A stretch of 64,000 nt of DNA from Paraspadella gotoi (GCA_051294375.1 CM119263.1:29596889-29660888), one strand, 5' to 3'; positions 13,533 through 27,861 are shown, counted from the first letter of the stretch. Notes: a model not told the origin generated them from the letters alone. Translations and numbers: made by a program.

Positions 13533-13918
13533 CTCTCTCTCCTCTCTCTCTCTCTCTTCTCTCTCTTCTCTCTCTCTCTCTCTCATTGAAATTCTCTTCG
13601 TGGATTGGAGATAGAACGATGAAACCTTGTTAAGAAAAGGCGGCGCAGCGGAGGTTTTTTTGGGGTAAGGCGAGAAGGTAAGGTTTAGAGATGGGCGTGG
13701 CTGATGAGACCGAATGGGTGAGGACTGAGGAGAGTCGGGGTAAGGGAGGGTAGGGTTAGAAAATCTTGGGTGGGGGGTTGATGCAGAGAACCCTGGGAAA
13801 AAAAGTCAATGGGCCAAAAGCATGTGGAACATGTCAAATAGAGAAGAAAAGAGAAGAGAGAGAGGGGGAGGAAAAGAGAGGAAAGATAAATGAAAAGGCG
13901 AATGAGGTTTGGAAAAGA

Positions 13919-14002
<84 letters not shown>

Positions 14003-14629
14003 GTAAAATGAATATCCACATTGATTAAAACTGAAATTTGGTTGTATGGAGTTCGATCCAACAAAGATCATACGTTAGTTTTTGATTGTTGATTTAAATA
14101 CTAAATTTGAGAAATTAAAGTGATTTTCGATTTCGTCGCTTTAAGTTTCTCTGTAGATGTTTGTGCTACTCTCGATTTTACTGTGGGTTCACAATCTCAG
14201 GTTTACCTTCGTATAATCCACGTTTTGTTTAAAACCCAGGGATTTTCGTTGTTAGGAATTCGGTACAAGTATAACCAAAAAATCCGATCTTTTTTCTTTT
14301 AATTCATGACATTTCTTTTCTTTCCCTCTGCTCCTTCCTCCTATTTTTCCGAATCAGATGGATTTTTTTCCTCACTAAACTGATTCGCATTTTTATTTTG
14401 GAATAATTTTTCTTTTTTTTTTTTCTGTGCAGGAAGAAGGAAAGAAAATCTTATAGTTAATTTTAGGTCTGTCTGTCTGTCTTTCCGTCAGTCCGTGGGG
14501 GTTCTTGGACTGTCGGTCAGTCGGTAGGTGTGAAGAAACAAAGAATAAAAATAACGATGAAAGTAGCAATTTTTTGCTCTCTTTTTTGGGCCTTTTTTGG
14601 GATTTTTTTTTGCTTTCTTTTCCGAAAGA

Positions 14630-14725
14630 GGTTAGGGATATGGAATAAATTAGGGATTAGGGTTGCGGAATAGGTTAGGCATTTTGTTAGAGTTTTGGTT
14701 AAGGATTAGGGTTAGGGATTAGGAA
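14630..14725. repeat. Degenerate (TTAGGG)n-like tract
   Basis: gttagggat..ttagggattagggtt..ttagggttagggattagg. Confidence 0.55.
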
Positions 14726-15990
14726 TTATAATTAGTGATTGTATTAAACTTTTGAAAAGAGATGAGAGCTAGATCCATACTTGGATTTAAATTAAGTTTA
14801 AGAATTACGAATTAAGAATTAATCGCAGACGAGATTTAATATTGAATTTTATATCATCAATATTAGTTAAAAGCCGCCGCATTTTTGATTTTTTTTATCA
14901 AACAGATATTTTTCTAGAAATTCGTCTTCCCAATTTCCCTTTTTTATTTTCGGTAAACAAAGATGGCGACGACGCCGGCTGCGTCGAACTTTTACGATTT
15001 CTTTTCTTTCATTTTTTTCCCCTTTTTTTCCCTTGTTTTTTCCTTTCTTTCCTTTTTTTTCTTTTTTTCCATTTTTTCCCATTTTTCCCCATTTTTTGTT
15101 GTTTTTTTCTCCTTTCTTTATTTTGTTTATGATCTTCCTTTCAATTTTTTTTAGTTCGATCGAGTCTTTGTTTTCTTTTAATTTTCACAGTTTTTTTTTC
15201 ATTTTTTTGTTTTGTTTGTTTATTTTTACACTCCTTTTAAATATTTGTTTTATATTATATCAGGGGCAATATAGCTTATTTATTAATTGAATGGATAATT
15301 TTTATATTGGTTGTACCAATTTCAGATATTTTAGATTTCCCTTTCAGTTTAATTTTTCTATTTTGAATTCCATTTTAACTTTTTGTTGTTTATTTTTCTT
15401 TTCCTCCCTTTTCTTTTTTCTTTATTTATTTTTCTCTTTCCTCTCTTTTTCTTTTTCCTCTATTTTTTTCTTATTTTCTTAGTTTAGTTCAGATTTCGTC
15501 TTTCAAATTCCTTCTTTTCTTCTTCCTCCCTTTTGAATTTATTTTCTTTTTTCCTTTTCTCCAACTTCCAACGAGGATGTCCGGGATTTCTGGCGAAAAG
15601 AAAGGCCTTTTCTAAATCCCCTTCAATCAAAGAGTTGGGTTTTTGCGGCCAAACATTTGGGATCTGCGGCCAAATGGCCTTCGTTTCCTACTTTGCGGCC
15701 AAATTGACTTTTCCATGGACCCATGGTTCAATGGTGTCTTGTCTTATGAAATGAAAGATTGCAATTCCTGTGCAAACTTCTTTAATGTAGCAATTACGCA
15801 ATCTTATTAAATTAAATTGGTAAACTATTAGTACAAAGGCATGGAAAGACTCCGGAGAGGCTTGAAATAGCACTATTGCATAATGTACTATCAGATAGTC
15901 CGGGAAAAAGTATATCCAAACTTTTAAATTATGTATACAACGGTAATGCTGAAAGCCTGTGTTTTTATTTATAAATTTATTTACATAGTA

Positions 15991-15992
15991 TT

Positions 15993-16079
<87 letters not shown>

Positions 16080-16083
16080 TTTT

Positions 16084-16118
<35 letters not shown>

Positions 16119-16120
16119 TT
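15991..16120. repeat. (TTTA)n microsatellite
   Basis: Near-pure run. Confidence 0.95.
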
Positions 16121-17279
16121 AATTAATTTATTTAATTTTTAATTTCCAAACGAAACAACTCGGCCGGAAAGAGTACAAAACAGCTTTCGCTTCCTCCGAA
16201 CGGAACATCGCATCTTGGAATGAAAAAGCCGCGATGTCTCTAGGACTGAAAGCTGAAGCTAAAAGTCCTTTTCATGTTTTTCCCGGAGACTGAATGAAGA
16301 ACCGCTTGAAAATCTCCAGTCGGGGAAGAGTAGAGAGAAGAGCAGGGGGGAGGAGGAGCGGGGAGGTGCTGTGGGGGGAAAGGGGCCCCGCTTGCCTTTC
16401 AGAGAATCCTCGATCGGGATGAAGTACGAGGAAGAAAGGAAGGAGGAGTAGAGGAGAAAAGAGGAGGAAAGGGAGGAAGGAGAAAGGAATTAGAAGGAAA
16501 GAGAAGAAGGAGAGGAAAGGAAGGAGTAGAGGGAGAAAGGAGGAGGAAAGGGAGGAAGGAGGATGAAAGTGAAGAAAGGAGGATAAAAATAAGGAAGGAA
16601 ATAGGTAATAAAGAGAGGAAAGGAAGGGAAAAATGGGAGGAAAGGGAGGAAGGAGGAGGAAAGGAAGGAAGGAGGAGGAAAGGAAGGAAGGAGGAGAAAG
16701 GAAATAGAAGGAAAAAGAGGAAGAAGGAGGAAAGGAAGAGAAGAAATGGGAGGAGAGAGAGGAATGAGAAGGAATGAGGAATGGGGAAAGAGGAAGGGGA
16801 AATAAAAAAGAGGAAATTGAAAAGACAAATTGAAAATAAGAATTGAATCGTGGAATAGAAAGGATAAAGGATAACTTATTATATGTGTAACTAAATAATT
16901 TTTTGTTCATTACCTTTGTAATGACACAAATCAGTAATCAGTAAACAAAAAATAGTAAAAATAGTGATTAAAATCAGAGGCGAGGAAATTTTTTCAAGAA
17001 ATGTAGGAACAAAATATGACATTTAAAAAATGGGTTAAAAAAATTTAAATTAAAAAAGAAATTAGAAATAGTAAATAAGAGAATTATAATATTAACAAGT
17101 CATATTAGATAGGGATTTAAATATGTAGCAAAAATAAGGACGGTACTAATTTTGTAAATTAAAAATATAAAGGAAAAGAATTGAAATTAGAAAAAAAGGA
17201 GATGAATAGAGAATTGAGATCGCAGGAAGGAGGGACAAGAAGACCGCGACAACTTGTCATTCAAAGGAAGAAGAACGCG

Positions 17280-17329
<50 letters not shown>

Positions 17330-17478
17330 TCTATATTTTTTTTCCCTATTCTCCGGAAATCTCTCTCTTTATTCTTCTGCGAAGCAAAACGCAGTTTTTC
17401 TGCACAACTGTGAGCCACACACAGTGATACAACTCGAGTGCGAATTTGAGATGCTATCAATCTCGAACGAGTTTCTTT

Positions 17479-17554
<76 letters not shown>

Positions 17555-17713
17555 ACTGCCAACGGCTCCAGTCTCGAGTAAAGGAGCAGAGATTAGGGTT
17601 TCCGTTTTCCGCGGGAATTTATTGGAAAAAAAATGATTCCAACGAGAATAAGTTTCTTTCGTTTGTCGTTTCTTCGATTGAGAGAGAAAAAAAGGAGGGA
17701 AGTGGATCGGGTT

Positions 17714-18085
17714 AAGTGTGAGAGTGTGGAAGGTTTAGTGTGGAAGAGAGAGGACTGTGAAGTGTGGGAGTGTGGGAGGTTTAGTGTGGTAGAGAGGGAA
17801 CTGTGAAGTGTGGGAGTGTGGGAGATTTAGTGTGGGAGAGAGGGGACTTTGAAGTGTGGAGGTGTGGGAGGTTTAGTCTGGTAGAGAGGGGACTGTGAAG
17901 TGTGGAAGTGGGGGAGTTTTAGTGTGGGAGAAAGGGGACAGTGAAGTGTGGGAGTGTGGGAGATTTAGTGTGGAAGAGAGGGTACTTTGAAGTGTGGAGG
18001 TGTGGGAGGTTTAGTGTGGAAGAGAGGGGACTGTGAATTTTGGGAGTGTGGGAGGTTTCGTGTGGGAGAGAGGGGACTGTAAAGT
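17714..18085. repeat. ~46-bp G-rich minisatellite
   Basis: About 8 copies of aagtgtgggagtgtgggaggtttagtgtggaagagaggggactgtg. Confidence 0.9.
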
Positions 18086-19192
18086 GCTTACTGTCTCGTT
18101 TTGAAGTGAACAAAGTGTGGATAGTAGGGGCCGGAGTGTGAGCGGCATTGAGAGACTGTGTCTCGCATTGCAAGAGAACAGAAGAAGCCCGTGAGAGGCT
18201 TTGCGCGACTGTTAAAGTGTGTGGGAAGCAATGATCATGAAAGGCTGTGAGAGGCTGTGAGTGGTTATGTGAGTTTTGTGAGAAGCGGAGAGAGGCTGTG
18301 AAAAGTTGATGGCTTCGGAGAAAACGATTGGACCAAGTGAGGAATTCCTCTGAGAAGAAATTGGTGAGTGTGACGACCCGGGTAAGTTCGAGTGACTTTT
18401 GGCGGGAATAATAAGAAGACGAACTATGACCGACCAATGAAGAAGGTCAACTACTATTACTAAATGTGGAATTATCGCTAAAGATTTGAGCAAACTAATT
18501 AGGTAAATATTGTCGAAGCGACCTTTATGGTTTACAGCGCTGTTCCTATAAAACGAGTCGGCTACAATGCAGAACCCCGCAAATCTTTTTCATAACGCCG
18601 TCCTCGGCGCCGCAAAGAAAAAAAGAGAATCAGTTCCGGCGCGGCGCCGCTTTGATTGATTCCGTCTTCTTCGATGGCATAAAAGTGATGGACTCGGGTT
18701 ATTAATTGATAAGCAACTTTCGCTCTCGAATCTCGTAAACTTTAATTGTTATTGTTTCTCATCGACGTCGCTTTATCTCTTTCTTTCCCCCCCCCCGAGG
18801 AAATAATATTACCTTTTTACTTTTTACGGTATCTATTCAATTATTAAAATGTTAGAGGGAGTTTCTTATCAGTTTATGTTTCGCTGGCGTTTATTTTTAG
18901 AAATAATTACATTTGATTATAAGACTTGTGTTCCTTTTTGTTCCTTTTTCTTTCTTGTTCCTTTAAAATTTATTTTTTTCCCTTTATTCCTATCCCTTTT
19001 TTTGTAATTCTTTTCCTTAATTCTTTTACTTTTATTTGTTCCCCTTCTCTTTTCTTTTCTTTTTCCTTTGTTCTCCTTTTCTTTTCTTTTCCCTTCTTTT
19101 TCCTTTCTTCTCCTTACCTTTTTTTTCCGTGAAAACATTTGTCTCTCGATTCTGTCGCAGAAACGCAGCTGAGGGCCGATGCTGAATTTCTT

Positions 19193-19286
<94 letters not shown>

Positions 19287-20176
19287 CCTCTCTGCAGCCC
19301 GACCTGTGACGTTTGACACACATTGAACTTTTAGTTTTTAATTTTTAGCTTGTTTTTGTTTGTTGTTTTGAAACTCTCTCTGTTCTCTCTCTCTCTCTCT
19401 CTCTTACCCTTGCTCCTTCTCGCGAGGATAAACTTGTTAATCAAGCGCGGTTCTCTAATCCAGAGTTTCTCCCACCTGGGTCAAAACCGTTTCCCTCTCT
19501 TCTCTCTCTCTCTCTCGTCTCTCTCTCTCTCTCTCTCTTCTCTCTCCTCCTCTCTCTCTTATCTCAAACTCCCTTTTAATTTGATCTCTCTTGCTTTTCT
19601 CTTTTAATTTTAATTTTCTCAAACTTTCCCTTTTTTCTGTTCTATTATCTGCCTCATTTCTCTTCCTTTTTTCCCTTTTTATTACTCTACATTACATTAC
19701 GTTACATTATATTACATCCACCAACATCTTCCTACCTTTTATTTCTGTCAATCGATTTTCTTTACTCGTGATTCCGTATTTTACTCTTTTTTTTTCTTTT
19801 CCTTCCTTCTTTCCTTCCTCCCTTCGTTCCACGCAATTCTTTATCGTCTCCTTTTCTCTTTATCTTTCTTTACTTCCTCCCTCCCTCTCTCCTTCTTTCT
19901 TTTCCTTCTTCCCTTTCTCCTTTCTCCCTCCCTCTCTCCTTCTTTTCTTTCCTATCTCCCTTTCTCCTCTCTCCCTCTCTCCCTCTTTTATTTCCTCCCT
20001 AATTTTCTCCTCCCTCCCTTTTTCATTCTTTCCTTTCCTCCCTCCCTTTTTCCTCCTTTCCCCTCTCTCTCCTTCTTTTCTTTCATCCCTCTCTCCCCCT
20101 ATCTTCCCCTCTCCAGGGTCAAACAGCCATCGCGTTTCGTCAAACGGAATTCCGACGTGATCGACCGCGAGGTTCC

Positions 20177-20475
20177 AATGCAAAGGGATGTGATGGAAAA
20201 GTGAAAATAGTTTTAATGGAATTTAGTCTTAATGCAAAGGGATGTGATGGAAAAGTGAAAATAGTTTTAATGGAATTTAGTCTTAATGCAAAGGGATGTG
20301 ATGGAAAAGTAAAGATAGTTTGTATGGAATTACTTTAAAGCAAAAGGATGTGGTGGAAAAGTGAAAGGAGTTTGATTGGAATTTAGTTTTTATGGAAAGG
20401 GATGCAGAGCCAAAGGTTTTAATTGAATTGAGTTTTTAAAAAAGTAAGGAAGTGATGGAAAAGTTTTAATGGAAA
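20177..20475. repeat. ~54-bp minisatellite
   Basis: aatgcaaagggatgtgatggaaaagtgaaaatagttttaatggaatttagtctt starting at 20177, 20231 and 20285, then decaying. Confidence 0.85.
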
Positions 20476-21987
20476 AAAAGGTTCATTGAAAATTAGATAA
20501 AATTGGTTTCGTGAAATAGGAAACCAGAAAATCTTTTCAAAAAAAAAAAAANNNNNNNNNNNNNNNNNNNNNNNNNNNNNNNNNNNNNNNNNNNNNNNNN
20601 NNNNNNNNNNNNNNNNNNNNNNNNNNNNNNNNNNNNNNNNNNNNNNNNNNNNNNNNNNNNNNNNNNNNNNNNNNNNNNNNNNNNNNNNNNNNNNNNNNNN
20701 NNNNNNNNNNNNNNNNNNNNNNNNNNNNNNNNNNNNNNNNNNNNNNNNNNNNNNNNNNNNNNNNNNNNNNNNNNNNNNNNNNNNNNNNNNNNNNNNNNNN
20801 NNNNNNNNNNNNNNNNNNNNNNNNNNNNNNNNNNNNNNNNNNNNNNNNNNNNNNNNNNNNNNNNNNNNNNNNNNNNNNNNNNNNNNNNNNNNNNNNNNNN
20901 NNNNNNNNNNNNNNNNNNNNNNNNNNNNNNNNNNNNNNNNNNNNNNNNNNNNNNNNNNNNNNNNNNNNNNNNNNNNNNNNNNNNNNNNNNNNNNNNNNNN
21001 NNNNNNNNNNNNNNNNNNNNNNNNNNNNNNNNNNNNNNNNNNNNNNNNNNNNNNNNNNNNNNNNNNNNNNNNNNNNNNNNNNNNNNNNNNNNNNNNNNNN
21101 NNNNNNNNNNNNNNNNNNNNNNNNNNNNNNNNNNNNNNAAGAGAGGAGGATTCATGCATCTCTTGATGGAAACCGGATATTGCGTTTAGCCTCTGTTTCG
21201 GCTTCTATCGACGGAGACCAAGCGGTTTTTCTAGGCGGGGGAAGAGAAGGGAGAGTGGGGAGGAGGAAGAGATGGGGGGAGAGAGAGGGGGAAGAAGGGA
21301 GAGAAAAAAGAAGGAGAGGGAGAGAATGTGATTGTGAGAAAGAGAGAGATAGAGAAAAAAGGGGATTGAATGAGATTTAATTGATCGGAACGAAATAAGT
21401 TTTTATTTCTCTTTTCATTTTCTTTTTTTTCGGGGGTGGCATTTCTAGGGGGGGAAGTGGGGCAGGAGGATGGGAAGTGGGGTAGGGGGAAGCTGGGGCA
21501 GTGGGAGGGGCGTTGAAACGAAATTTCTATTTTTTAATGATTCGATTTTCGGTGCAAAATGATTTTTTTAGGGTGAAACGAGTATTTTTTTTGGGGAGGG
21601 TTTTTGCAGGGTTATGTGGATAAAATAGGTTTTTGTGGGTGAAATAAGTTTGGTGGGTAAAATACAGAATTTTTGTGGTCGGTTTTAAATAAGGAGTTTC
21701 AGTTGGTGAAATTATTTACTGCGGTTAAATACGGATTTTATGGTGAGAATTTTTTTTGTGGGTGAAATACTTTTTTTTTTTTGGTTGAAGGCAATCGAGG
21801 GAAGAAATCTTTTTCACAGTTGAAACAGCAAAGACTTGGAAAAGCCAGGATTTGGGAGGAAAGGAAAAGGAGGAAAAGGGAGGAAAGGAGGAAAGAAAAG
21901 AAAAGAGAGGAAAAAAGGAGAAGCGGTGGAGGAAAGGGAAAAAAATGGGAAAAATGGAAAAACGAAGAAAAGGGCTGGAATAGTTAT

Positions 21988-22082
21988 TAGTTGGTTTTCG
22001 GTCTGTCGGTCCGTCGGTCGGTCGGTGGGTATGTCTGTCGGTCGGTCTGTCCCACTTACGTTAAAAATATATATAATTTGCC
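21988..22082 (+). mobile_element. HINE/Helentron-like (DINE-1-type) fragment
   Basis: (GTCG/GTCT)n microsatellite followed by ctgtcccacttacgttaaaa..atataat, shared with 62706-62830. Confidence 0.45.
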
Positions 22083-22330
22083 TCAAATCTAAGGGACTGC
22101 TTTCGCCGCCTTCAGGAAATAAAGTCACAGCGACGCAACACACTGGATGAACCGATCCTGTTTTTTTTTTTTGAGTGACGATTATGAAAGAGAAAAATAG
22201 AGGAAAGAAAGAAAAGAAGAAAGAAATTTTTGAATTTTGAGTCGGGAAGGTATGAAGGAAAATATTAAGACAAATTGTCGCTTGACGAGGATGGTATTAG
22301 TAATTGGGTTTAGAGGGTGAGAACTATTAT

Positions 22331-22368
<38 letters not shown>

Positions 22369-22496
22369 ATAAAAAGTAAATACTAAAAAGTAATTACTGT
22401 ATATATCTCGATTATCTCAAAACGACTGTACCCCTAGTAACGGTGACTTGAAAACTACCAACACCACCCTAAATGTTCACCACCCCCCATTCCCAC

Positions 22497-23441
22497 CGGC
22501 GTCGAAACCACCTCCGCCATCGAAACCACCTCCGCCATCGAAACCACCTCCGCCGTCGAAACCACCTCCACCGTCCGAAACACCTCACCGTCAAAACCAC
22601 CTCCACCATTGGAAACCACCTCCACCGTCGAAACCACCTCCACTGTCAAACCAATCTCCACTGTCGAAACCACCTCCACCGTCGAAACCACGCTCCAACC
22701 GTCGAAACCACCTCCACGCGTCGAAACCACCTCCGCCGTCGAAACCACCTCCGCCGTCAAAACAACCTCCGCCGTCGAAAACCAACCTCCACCATCGAAT
22801 CCACCTCCGCCATGGAAACCATCTCCGCCGTCGAAACCCACTCCGACGTCCGAAACCACCTCCGCCGTCGAAACCAACCTCGCCGTCGAAACACCTCCAC
22901 CATCGAAACTACCCTCCACGTAAACCACCTCCGCGTCGAAACCACCTCCGCCGTCAAAACCACCTCCGACGTCGAAACAACCACCTCCGCCGTCAAAACC
23001 ACCTCCGCCATCAAAACCACCTCCACCGTCGAAACACCTTCCACCGTCGAAACCACCTCCGCCACAAAGCCTCCCGACCACCTCCGCCGTCAAAACCACC
23101 TCCACGAAACCACCTCCGCCGTCGAAACCACCTCCGCCGTCAAAACCACCTCCGCCGTCGAAAACCAACCTCCACCATCGAAACCACCTCCGCCGTCGAA
23201 ACCACCTCCGCCGTCAAAAACCACCTCCGCCGTCGAAACCACCTCCACCGTCAAAACCACCTCGTCGTCGAAACTACCTCCACCGTCGAAACGCACCTCC
23301 ACCGTCAGAACCACCTCCACGTCGAAACCACCTCCGCCTCCGAACCACCTCCGCCGCGAAACGCACCTCCACCGTCGAAAAACACCTCCGCCGTCGAAAC
23401 ATCTCAAAACCCCTCCGCCGTCGAAACCACCTCCGCCATCG
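22497..23441. repeat. 18-bp minisatellite (ccgtcgaaaccacctccg), roughly 50 copies
   Basis: Tandem units with frequent 1-bp indels; reads as KPPPPS / VETTSA / RRNHLR in the three frames. Confidence 0.95.
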
Positions 23442-23496
23442 ACAGATCACAGAGCGTAAATTTCAATTTCCTTCCAAGTAAAAGAATTTTTAAAAA

Positions 23497-23544
<48 letters not shown>

Positions 23545-23645
23545 AATGGAATTTCTTTGTAGCGAGAATTAATAATGGAAGGGAATCGTTCGTCGTAAAT
23601 GGGGCATTGTATTACGCGACATTAGCAGATGTAAAAATCGAAACA

Positions 23646-23707
<62 letters not shown>

Positions 23708-24499
23708 AAGTGAGAGAGAGAGAGAAGGAAGATAGAGAGAGAAAGTGAGAGAGAGAGTGATGAGAGAGAGAGAGAGAGACAATAACGGATCAGTCTTCCT
23801 TTATCCTTCGTTTTCAGGATTTTCATTGTTGGAAGAATTTTTTGTCGTCAAAGTTTTCATTTTTTTCCTTTATTTATTTTTTTTATTAAACACAATAAAC
23901 AAGAAAACAATAAACATTACAAAAAAATAAAACAGAAAAATTTAAAAAAATTAAAATCAATAGTTAAGGGATTAGATCTAAGATTAAAACACCGGTTCAT
24001 GATTCAAATCGTTTGGAGGTCTTAAAAAATTAAATATTTTTTATTTTTTTGATTTAATTTGATTTAAATGAACATTTGATAGGGTATTGCACAAAAACTT
24101 TAGAAATACTAGATTTTCTTCATTCTATGGTTTTAAACCTTATATTAAGCCTAACGAAGTGTACTTTAATCGTTAACTCCAAGTTTGACTTTAAATATTT
24201 GATTTACGCCAACTGATTTACGTCAATTTGGAGTAACGTTTCTGCCTCCTTACTGCTGTCAAGGATATTCAACAACAATTTTTGAAAATGCTTTTTTCTA
24301 ATTAAGTATACATTGTTGTATTGGATTCAGATTGATTCTTTTTTTTTTACGTGTTTGTTGGCGCTGGTGGCGTAAAAACTACGCCAAAACATATATATTT
24401 CCTAATTACATATGTGGCGTTAATGATTTTTCAAAAAAATATTAAAATATATAAAGTTAAATAATTGTTAAATGTTTATATTTAAATTTTTAAAAGAAT

Positions 24500-24930
24500 T
24501 GTGGCGTAAAATGGCGTGAAATGAAGGTAAAACCGTTTAAAATGATATCATGATGTGGCGTAAAGACTTTCTGATTGTTTCTAGTAAAAGCTATTCAGTT
24601 TAAGTGGTTTTAAAAGATTTATCTGGCCTCTTTTTATACAGATGTGGCGTAGAATGGCGTAAAATGAACAAAAAAAGCATATAAATATTATTAATTCCGT
24701 GGCGTAAAGACTTTTTGTTTATTTTATAGTAAAAACTACTCGGTTAAGTTGCTTTAAATATTTTTCCGACCTTTTTTTAAATTGTTTGGCGTAGAATGGC
24801 GTAAAATGAACAGAAAACCATATAATATCATTTAATTTTGTGGCGTTAAAACTTTGTTTCATTTTCCAAATAAAACTATTAAGTTAAGATGCTTTGGCGT
24901 AGAATGGCGTAAATTGACGTAAAACTAAGC
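24500..24930. repeat. ~143-bp tandem repeat rich in TGGCGTAAA motifs
   Basis: Units start at ~24500, ~24644 and ~24787 (tggcgtagaatggcgtaaaatgaac..tggcgtaaagactt..gttaag); inverse motif tttacgcca/tttacgtca at ~24203-24229. Confidence 0.7.
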
Positions 24931-25104
24931 CACTTTATCCCCTTATCTCTTTCCCCTTCCTCCTTTTCTTTTCTCTTTTATTTTTATACAATCTCCGATT
25001 CAAAGTCGATTATTTTTCGGTTTTAATTCTTTAAAAATCAAAGAAAAAACGAATACCGAAAATAAATCTCAAATCATAGATAAAAAGAAACAAAGATACT
25101 AAAC

Positions 25105-25856
25105 CATCACGCATAAAATGGGTATATTTTTTCGCAATCGAGTAAACAAAAAGATTTCGGAATCTTCTTTACCGTTTTTTTAAATTTCAGATTTTTTTTA
25201 AAATTTCTTTTTCCTTAATTTTTTCTTTTTTTTTTCTCAATTCTTTTTTCTCAATTTTTTTTCAAACAATTAATTCCTAATTACTTATTGCATAAAAAGG
25301 TTTTTATTCAATAGTTCATACAAAATATCGAGATTGGTTTTTTTTATTAAACATTGCATTCGAAATTCAAATCATTTCAAATCAGATGAAAAGGATGAAA
25401 ATCAAGAGAGAGACAGTGAGAGAGAGAGAGAGAAAGAGAGAAGAGAGACTCTCTAAGAACTTCTTCAAGTTCAAAGCAAACATCTTGTTAAGGTATAGTT
25501 GCCGCTAAAAAAACCATTTTCAGCAGAATATTGGAGTCCGGTATCAATAGAATCTAAAATTTATGATAAAAAGACAGAATTTATCGAAAAGGAAAGTAAA
25601 AACAACTAAATATGTTCTCAAAGATTTTCAAGAAAGACTGTTCTCATTTTGTGCGGGCCATTACCGTGAGACATATCCATGAATTTCAGTAACGAGTTGA
25701 AAGGTCATTTCATCCTCTTGAATTCGCCGTATGCGAACGAAAAATTTGTTCAGGGGAAAATCAATAAATGAAGAAAATATCACTTAATTCGCGAATTCCA
25801 ACGCGGTAAACGTTTAAACTATTCCTTTTCGGTTTTACCCCATTTTATGCGTGATG
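25105..25856. mobile_element. Non-autonomous TIR element (MITE-like), 752 bp
   Basis: Perfect 18-bp terminal inverted repeat CATCACGCATAAAATGGG (25105-25122) / CCCATTTTATGCGTGATG (25839-25856); flanks actaaac and acataaaac are only an imperfect TSD. Confidence 0.65.
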
Positions 25857-26940
25857 ACATAAAACCAGTGGACCAATTTTAATAAAAGTATCAGAAATTG
25901 TGGATCAATAATGGGTCGTTTGGTTTATGTTTGAAATTTGTTAAAAATAAAGACTATAATAAAGATATACCCATTATAATAATTACAAGTATCATGTATA
26001 TTAAGCAATGAGAATGGTTGTAAGCTGAAAAAAAGCATGATAAATCTTAAGATCATAATAAATATATTATATCAGTTTCATACATATTGATGATTCATAG
26101 GCCTTAATATACAGTAGGAAACAATATATAAAATGACTATCGCCAGAAATGCTACTGGCGCATTTTTGCGCATCATTTTTGGGAATTATCAATGATAAAT
26201 ACCTTGAGAGTAAATACATTTGCATCTCCTATAACCAGAGGTTTTGCGAGGAAAGCCTAGTTTTTGCGCTACAAAAAAAGAAATATTGCTTTCTGTACTA
26301 TTCCAATATTTTTATTATTTGAAAGATTCTTTTTCGGTTTTTAGTTAGAGTTACGCTTACGCTTCGTATATTCAAAAATAAAATTTTTCTTTTCAGTATT
26401 TTCCATACAGTAAATATTTCAAAAAGCCTTGTTTTTTGGTATCAAATTCCCTATTATTTTTCGGCCGATAGGAGAAATAAAAATTTCGTCGAATACTGCT
26501 AATCCCTACATTTGATGAAGAATCGTCTATCGAAATTTGGAAAGTTAAATTTAAAGATAAAAATCTTCTGATGAAAAATAGAAAAATTATCGTCTCGCGT
26601 AAAAAAAAAAAAAAAAAATCGGGCGACGACAAGAATAAAATCAACTTCTGTCACTACAACACGTCCCTTTCATTGTCAAAGACAAAGACAAAGACAAAGA
26701 AACTGATTCCCTTCCCCTCTCGCCTGGCGCCTGTCATGATTATCAGTCGCCTGTTAGAGGGAGTTGTTTTTGCAGCCAGGCGCCTGTAATGGGTAACTGT
26801 ACTGAATCTTTTTGGGTCAAATCAGACGATGACTCTATCTCTGCTAACCAACGAATTTCAATATCTATTTTTAATTAAAATTGATTTTTTTTCATTTTGA
26901 ATATATCTGTTTTCGGGAGAGTACAAAGAATATTGGTATT

Positions 26941-27012
<72 letters not shown>

Positions 27013-27542
27013 CAGACAACCGCATCGGGAAATCTTCTTAATTTGACAGAGTCAATTTTTCCTTTAAGACGAAAATAATCTCTTTTCCGCTGTCATCAAA
27101 GTCGTCGTCGTNNNNNNNNNNGTCGTCGTCGTCGTCTTACTTCTATCCTCCTCAATATCATTCTATCTCCTCTTCTATATCCTCTTCTATCTCTTCTGTC
27201 TCCTCTTCTATCTCCTCTCATTTCGTTATTGAAAACAGTAAATTTACGTGGAGATAAAAAGATTCAAATCATGATAGAAACATTGAGGTTGTTTTAAGTA
27301 TCACATTAAAAAATGAACAATTAAGCGGCTATCGTCATTTTCACACACTCACCCCTTCTCTCTCCAACGCCCCACCAATCCAACCAACGCCCTCCCTCTC
27401 CCCCAATCTTCCCAATTTTTCCCAGGATAGATCTCAATTCCGCTCCTCATTTTCCCCGCCCTCTTTTTGCTCCTTTTAATCCCTTGGCTCCTTTTAATCC
27501 TTTGCTCCATTTCATTCTTTGCTCTTTTTTTCTCTGTCCGCC

Positions 27543-27584
<42 letters not shown>

Positions 27585-27779
27585 TCTCTCTCTCTCTCCT
27601 CTCTCTCTCTCTCTATCTCTCTCTCTCTTCTCTCTCTCCCACTCTCCAAAACCGACAGGCCCCATTTCTCGCTATCTGATTGGTTCGTGAGATCTTCCAT
27701 CCTCGTCCAATCAAAAAAGTTCTTTTCATCCAACTTTTTTTTTCTTGATTCCGAATTCAGAGGAAGACCTTTTTAATCT

Positions 27780-27861
<82 letters not shown>

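Noticed and set aside
13701-13725. CTGATGA followed by a short hairpin (hammerhead core?)
   Set aside because: Followed by GAGG rather than GAAA, and no stems I or III found
14630-14725. Interstitial telomere
   Set aside because: Too degenerate; similar tracts belong to a dispersed repeat family
22448-23572. 374-aa ORF as an extensin or mucin gene
   Set aside because: The peptide switches between repeat frames at 1-bp indels and has no unique domain; kept only as a repeat
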